Both the position numbers and the translations under genes were made by a program. From Hormiphora californensis (lineage: Eukaryota > Animalia > Ctenophora): a stretch of DNA of 64,000 nucleotides. Below, one piece after another: positions 12,281 to 64,000 of this stretch. The notes under the pieces are model-generated. The model ran no database searches, was not told the DNA's origin, and worked only from the letters and a program-made list of their open reading frames with translations. Numbering within the stretch: position 1 is the first letter of the stretch; every line of letters begins with the position of its first letter. The DNA is taken from assembly GCA_020137815.1 (NCBI GenBank), contig CM035350.1, positions 3,534,001-3,598,000 of the forward strand, in the 5' to 3' direction.

Positions 12281-12932
12281 ATAAACTCTTGCCAGTGGCG
12301 CGTTATTTCAGATACCTTTCTCCCAGCGCGCCGCTGGGAGAAGGTAGCTGTAGTTTATCCGCCACTGGCGGATAAACTGGTTTAAATCACGACGACGATC
12401 CCGAGGCGTAGCCGAGGGAGAGGCGGAGGGGTTTAAACCTATAACGCGTCTGTGGCAAGAGTTTATAGGTTATATACCCTGCTTTAGTTGTTTGTTACAA
12501 GTATTACACACTAACAAGAGAGAGAACACTAATCAAAACACACAAAGAGAACTGAGAAACAGTCAAAAACATCTCTCAATTGAGTGTACATTGTTTGGTA
12601 ACAGTTACTAAGGAGAGAGAGAAAGAAATAACAAGATATGGGGCATGCCAGACATAACACAGAGGAATTGAGATAGTGAAACAAAAGGGAAGATAAAGAG
12701 AGAGTAATTGGCGGAATGTGTTGTTTCTTTCTCTCCAATTTAGTGTGTAACTCTTCCAAACAGTGTTCCCTCTGTATTTCAGTAAGAACTGATCATTTAC
12801 ACACACTTTGAATGTAACATAGGAGTTAAAAATAAATAACCTGCCAGTGGGAAATAATCTGCCGCTGGACTGGCTGGTTATCGAGAGCGCGCTAGTGGGA
12901 CTGGCGCATTATTTAAGTTAGCAGGGTATATA
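12281..12932. repeat. Adjacent inverted-repeat structures, probably non-autonomous DNA transposon(s)
   Basis: ATAAACTCTTGCCA/TGGCAAGAGTTTAT (12281-12467) and ATATACCCTGCT/AGCAGGGTATAT (12472-12932). Confidence 0.5.
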
Positions 12933-14744
12933 TCGTATTATGATTCCACCTTTATAACCCCAGCTCCTAATAAAGGAGATTGGGCGTTGTACCTTACGTA
13001 ACCTCTCTGCTATGCTGGTGGTGAACTTGCACGCCTGCTGCACTATTTAGTTATTTTACTAACTCCCATTATATCTATCCACAGAGTAAAGATATCCTAA
13101 AGACGGTCAAGAGAGATTTATCGAAACCAGTAAAAGTCCGGGACGAGTTTTTCGGACTCTGCTAATACTTCCTGTCCGAGCTATTGTATATACAGAAACT
13201 AAAATAGGAACTTTACAAAACTGTTAGAGACTCTGAGAGCAATGCAAGAACAATTACCAAAACACGGCTGTGCCCCGCTGCACCTCGCTATATCAGTAGC
13301 AGGTTCAGTGGGGCACAGCACAATTAACAGTTATCGTAACCATGGTAACTAAAGGGTTAACTAAACAGGGTGTGTGTCATTTGTACAGATAGAGTAATGA
13401 AACACAGTTTATTTATATTTTAAGTTCTTAATTTTTCTCTGGTAACACATGAAATATAACTTTTGAGTAAGTTTCGAGTTTTATATTCGATTTGTATGGC
13501 GTGCTCTGGCATTTACAGTACGGGTACCGGACCCCGCGTGAATGCGTGATACAGATATAATAATATTATTAATATCCGGGACCAGACTCAGATCAAGGCT
13601 AGAGCACGCCAACTACATTACGCAGGCAACTGCATGTGCAAAGCTGTCTGGCGGGGCCAGACCCGGCCCCGATTTGATTATCAATGCGCTCAGATGGGGT
13701 CAGTGGCTCCAGACAGAGGCATTTTTGTGCTTCATTGATGAAGAAAATTCGGTAATGTATGATGACGTAATTTTGTTGCGCGCAAAAATAAACCGCGCAC
13801 AAAAATTATGCGCGCACCTAAAAAGTAAAAAAAAGTGCTCGCGCCGTTTTGTTTTTTGTTTTTGGCGAAACAAATCTGGGAGTTTCGTTGGCATGCGCTG
13901 CAGACCCCAAGTGCGCGCGTTTTCCACGGCTTCTAGGGCCTGTAGCATAGGCCAAGGAGTTTCGTGAGTGCTGACAAGTGACAAACGGTGTTTTAGGGTT
14001 AGGGCTAAAGTAGGGTTTGGGTTGGGGTTAGGCCTTGATATTCCCTACCAGATAAACTTTGAATTAGCCAAAACAGTTGAGCAGTTTGGCGATTAGAGCC
14101 ATTTTAGAATTTAGATTTTGGCGCACGACGGGTTAGGGCTACCCGTTAGGGTCTGGTTAGGTTTTGGTTTGGGGTTTTCGGGTAGGGCTTTCGATTCTCT
14201 GCTGCTCCAGCCATATGGAACTCTCTCCCCCGCTCCCTCCGTGAAACAACCTCCACCTCGGCCTTCCGATCCAGCCTAAAAACTCATCTCTTCAAAGAGG
14301 CATATGACCTCTAAAATCGTTATCAAAATCCAAAAGAGACTCCTCAGACAATTGTGTGTTTTTCGTGTATTTCTGAGTGTGTTCCTAAGTCAAGTGTTTC
14401 CAGTGTTTTTTGAGTACTGAGGTCTTAGAGCGTTTCTCCAAGTGTTCTAGTGCTTTTTCTAGTGTGTTCTAAGCGTTTTTATATTTATTTGTTAATGCTT
14501 GCCGCCTCTTTTTTGTGATGAGTTTTTTTTCTCATAACCCCGGGCTGTTTTTCAGACTCATTTGTTTCCAGTATATGTGTGTGTCTTTTTTAAGTGTGAT
14601 CTAAGTGGTTTTTATATATTTGTTACGGGATGGAAGTTTCTATTTTTTTATGAGTTTTAACTTTTTTTGGGTGTACCCAGGGCTGTTTCTTTTGTAGACG
14701 AATTGTAGAGATAATTTATTGATGACCTAATTTATTGATAAAAG

Positions 14745-14937
14745 AAAGAAAGAAAGAAAAAAAAAAAAAAAAAAAAAAAAAAACAACAAAAAAAACAACA
14801 ACAAAAAAACAAAAAAAACAAAAAAAAAACAAAAAAAAAAAAAACAAACAAAAAAAACAAAAACAAAAAAAACAAAAAAAAAACAACAAAAAAAAAAAAC
14901 AACAAAAAAAACAACAAAAAAAAAACAAAAAAAAAAA
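14745..14937 (+). repeat. A-rich low-complexity tract
   Basis: About 190 nt of A interrupted by C; source of the poly-K and poly-F ORFs. Confidence 0.9.
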
Positions 14938-15249
14938 TCCCCTACCTACCCCCCCCCCTCCTTGGTGGTGTCTCAACCTATGATTCTGGGCGTCTGTTAG
15001 TTCCACTAAATGTTCTGATTCATAGTTTTGTCCTTAGTCTTGTCCTTAGTCCTGTCTGTTGGTCTGCTGTTTTACTGTCGATCTACTACCCATCGGTTTT
15101 TTCCTTTCACTGTCAGTGCTGTTGTCCTTTCCACTGTGAGTAGTACCCAATCTAGGCTTGAGACACTAGCCGTCAACCTTGGGAGCAAATAACCCTCCCG
15201 AGGAATATACCTCCTCAGAAAACGTGTTGCCGATATTCACGTCCATGCC

Positions 15250-15430
15250 TGATCAATCACCCATAAGAAAATCACCTCCTAATCTCACCATACGCCGAAG
15301 ATAAAGGACCGCTCTAGGAGCAGGCATCTGGTTGCAGTCACTGTTTTTCGGAAAGGCGGACCATTTGCATATTACAAACTGTGTCAGAGCGGGATATAAA
15401 CTGTTACTATTATTATTATTATTATTATTA
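15250..15430 (+). mobile_element. Probable 3' end of an L2/CR1-group LINE or SINE
   Basis: GCGGGATATAAA followed by a (TTA)n tail; the 5' boundary is uncertain. Confidence 0.4.
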
Positions 15431-15688
15431 AATACCGTTTAGTTACTCAAATTGGACATGTGGTTGCGTGGCTATAGCCGTTTAAAAAAGTCTGTCTAAG
15501 TGCACTCTTTTGGTAGTGTGCATCTGTAGACAGGCTGCAAGTCACCCGGATTATAATCGCGCCCTTTGTTTTTTGTGTCGTTTTTAGGGGGAAAAATTTA
15601 CTTGTCTTTTTGTGGAGCTTTTTTCACAGAATTTCACAGCAGAGATAACCTCATATTGGTTTCTTTTAGATAGGAAACATGTAATCAT

Positions 15689-61525
<45,837 letters not shown>

Positions 61526-61741
61526 GAAATATATGTCGTGATTACTGTTTAATAGCCCAACTGGTCATTTCGAAAAATCAGATACAAACACATTAATGTG
61601 CCGCACTGTATATGAGTTACTCCAACCCTCCAGTTTCAATGCTTGTTTAACAAGGGAAGTAACCAAGCGATCCACTGGATTCGATATATCTAGGCGCATA
61701 TCATATTCCCACAGTACTGATGTATTATCACTAGGGTAAAC

Positions 61742-62438
61742 TGGGGTAAAATGGTCCACGGGGCAAAGTGGCACATGTATGGGGCAAAACGGTCCTATTT
61801 ATTACATGTGGTCACGTGACTTTTTCTCTAGTGGAGACCTGCTCGTTCTGTTCCGAATTTTTGCTTTAAAACTCCTGTAATTCCTGTTTGAGTTGGCATA
61901 TTTTAATTTTGCAAAAACTGCCAGTTAGGTTTTTTATCCTTCTTAAACTTGGTATAAGAATTTTTTAAAAAACTCACTATTAAGTTGATTAAATTGTCAA
62001 ATTAGTCAAACTGGGGCAAAAATGGTTCACCTCTCTGGGGCAAAGTGGTTCACCCTAGGACCAATGAAATCGAGCCTGCAATACCACGTGATACCACAAC
62101 TGGGGTAAAGTGGTCCTGCAGAACAGAAATTACTGAAGATAACATGGACCACTTTGCCCCTAATTTGATTATTGCTCTAACAACACCAGGCACGTGATAA
62201 AATCGAGCAATGCTATTGGCTGGGACCATTTTGCCCCAGTGCAAAATTTCCAAAAAAAGCCCTACCAAATTTTTTGAATTGATTAATTAACCTACTAAAT
62301 AAAACATTCAGATTTTAAAATTTAGCTCGTCTGAAAGGAAAACGTTTCATTGGATAGCCTATATAATTTTTTTCTTCCTGCTGTATAAATTGCGTATTTT
62401 AGAACCCAAAACGTTAAAAAATGGACCATTTTACCCCA
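61742..62438. mobile_element. MITE with TGGGGTAAAATGGTCCA TIRs and GGGGCAAAGTGG internal repeats
   Basis: Inverted terminal match; exact ends uncertain. Confidence 0.65.
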
Positions 62439-62479
62439 TCTTTATATCGGATGTCTCGAACAGCAACAATCCTTGTGTT

Positions 62480-62648
62480 TAAACAGGGTTCTTGCTTTCT
62501 AACCAGTTAGGCGTTTTAAACAGGGCACATGTTATCTGCAGAGCTCACATATCATGATAATGTACTACATTAGCAGTAGTATACTCTGCAGATAACATGT
62601 GCCCTGTTTAATACGCCTAACTGGTTAGAGAAAGCAAGAACCCTGTTT
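62480..62648. repeat. Inverted repeat with ~62-bp arms
   Basis: AAACAGGGTTCTTGCTTTCT...CTGCAGAG and its reverse complement. Confidence 0.85.
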
Positions 62649-63316
62649 GTTTGTTTGTGATTGCTGCGTCTGGAGGATGACCTGCCCGAAAGTAGTAGAG
62701 GCCGCACCGAAAACGCTTATTAGGCGCCCCAGCACGTCCTCTACTCCGCCGTAGCAAGGCCACCCACCAATCAGTTTATGCAGAGCATGTTACTTCAGAC
62801 GCTCCAGGAAGACTGTGGTCAACCACTGGCGACATCGAGCGGCGAGAGCCGCACGGCGTCGACAGGGGTATCACACTACTCCTGGCCTAAATCAAATTCT
62901 TAGATTTCTGTTAAGCTGGATCTGGTATCAATTGAGTTCGTTTGGTGAAGTTTAGTGAAGCTTAGTGAAGTTTTGGTACAGAGATGACACCATTACAAGC
63001 CGTGGATTGAGAGTGGGATAGAACACTACACACTACATAGTCTCAGGACACAAACAGCTCTTGACTTTTCAAAGGTGGATATCATAATGTGGTTGGGAAA
63101 GCTCTTACATACCTAAACACACTTTAAAAATCCTAAACATCCCAAGGTGACAAAGAGTATACTGTGCCGAATATCTTGGTTAATAATATTTGGTACACAT
63201 TTCTGTAAAAACATGTACACTTAGTCGGGAAAGAGGGGCAATATGAAGTGGTATATAATGGGGTGACCTCCCAGTGATGATCTCAGTTTAGTGTTGGTGA
63301 TTGTCAACTTCATTAC

Positions 63317-64000
63317 CTTTTGTTGGTTTCTCCTCGTAGCCGTCAGATGCAGTGTCATACTGTGTAAATTTAATCTTCATAACATCTTCTTCCCACCTGG
63401 TTTCACAATCAGTCTCATTACTGTCACTGAACTGGTAGTTCAGAACCTCCACCCCATTGCACTCTATACTGAGGGTGGTATTCGTTTTCCTAATTATCCA
63501 TATCTTCTTCAAATCATCTCCTGGGTGTACTGGCAAGGCAGGCAAGTCTCCTGTTGCAGTACATTTACCGATGGAGTATCTCATAGGTGAGGTAAATCTC
63601 ACCGTCACCCCTCCAATCAAATTGTCGTCTGCAGTATACATATGGGGGCTAATCTGCTCCCCACTCCCGACGGTAGAGTCTGTTTTAATTTGAAGAGGGT
63701 CCCTTTTCAAATCAAATGGGATGAAAGTTTCGCGAACAACTGAGCTCCATGCTGTTGGCAGTGTCTGCTGATAGCTGTCAGATGCAGTGTCCGCTTCGTC
63801 AAATTTGATCTTCTTTAAGATATCTCCTTCCCACGTTGATGCACATTTAGTATTAACACCGTCACTGAACTTATAGTTCAGAACTTCCACCCCATTACAC
63901 TCTACAATAAGGGCAGTAGCTGTCTTTTGAAATGTCCACGTCTTGTCCACTTCATCTCCTGGTTGTACTGTGAAGACAGTCCCGCCGCTAGTACAGTAAT
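63317..64000 (-). CDS. Partial exon of a protein with tandem ~140-aa domains (W.(F/I).KT.T.L..ECNGVEVLNY.FSD); runs off the window
   Basis: Two aligned copies of the motif in the 220-aa ORF; GT donor at 63316. Confidence 0.8.

Noticed and set aside
10658-13166. Possible small spliced gene (segments near 10658-10865, 11014-11196, 12964-13017, 13085-13165)
   Set aside because: Plausible splice sites but no recognisable protein, and equally plausible frames on both strands; needs RNA-seq.
13995-14190. Telomere or telomere-associated retroelement
   Set aside because: Only a few degenerate TTAGGG-like units, interstitial, with no associated RT.
14716-15006. Poly-Lys and poly-Phe ORFs; likewise ER/SL ORFs at 5363-5713, 39072-39506, 40836-41615 and 42019-42392
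   Set aside because: Translations of low-complexity and microsatellite DNA, apart from the short real exon at the start of 39072 and the LINE fragment.

Overview
Eukaryotic animal DNA, most likely a ctenophore (Pleurobrachia-like). This is inferred from the style of the intronless GPCRs, the nested intronic genes and the repeat families, and was not searched. The window holds an intronless class-A GPCR (1-1014), a 5-exon CCDC134 orthologue (2775-10348) whose exons 2-3 are tandemly duplicated, and a ~46-kb multi-exon polycystin-1-family gene (15689-~61525; signal peptide, WSC-like, PKD repeats, REJ, GPS, PLAT, TOP/channel). Three different genes are nested in the polycystin introns. A partial minus-strand gene with a repeated domain closes the window. 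The most striking structure lies in polycystin intron 44331-56596. A Naiad-type Penelope-like retroelement is inserted as a head-to-head pair inside one 15-bp TSD. One arm carries an intact minimal hammerhead ribozyme; the other stops at the ribozyme cleavage site. The adjacent segment, which carries an orphan membrane-protein gene, is present as a direct-inverted-direct triplication whose two turning points are the Penelope palindrome and a palindromic TTAA MITE. Introns are crowded with MITEs and with tandem repeats that copy splice junctions. Exon boundaries were read by eye, and assembly artefacts cannot be excluded for the duplications.
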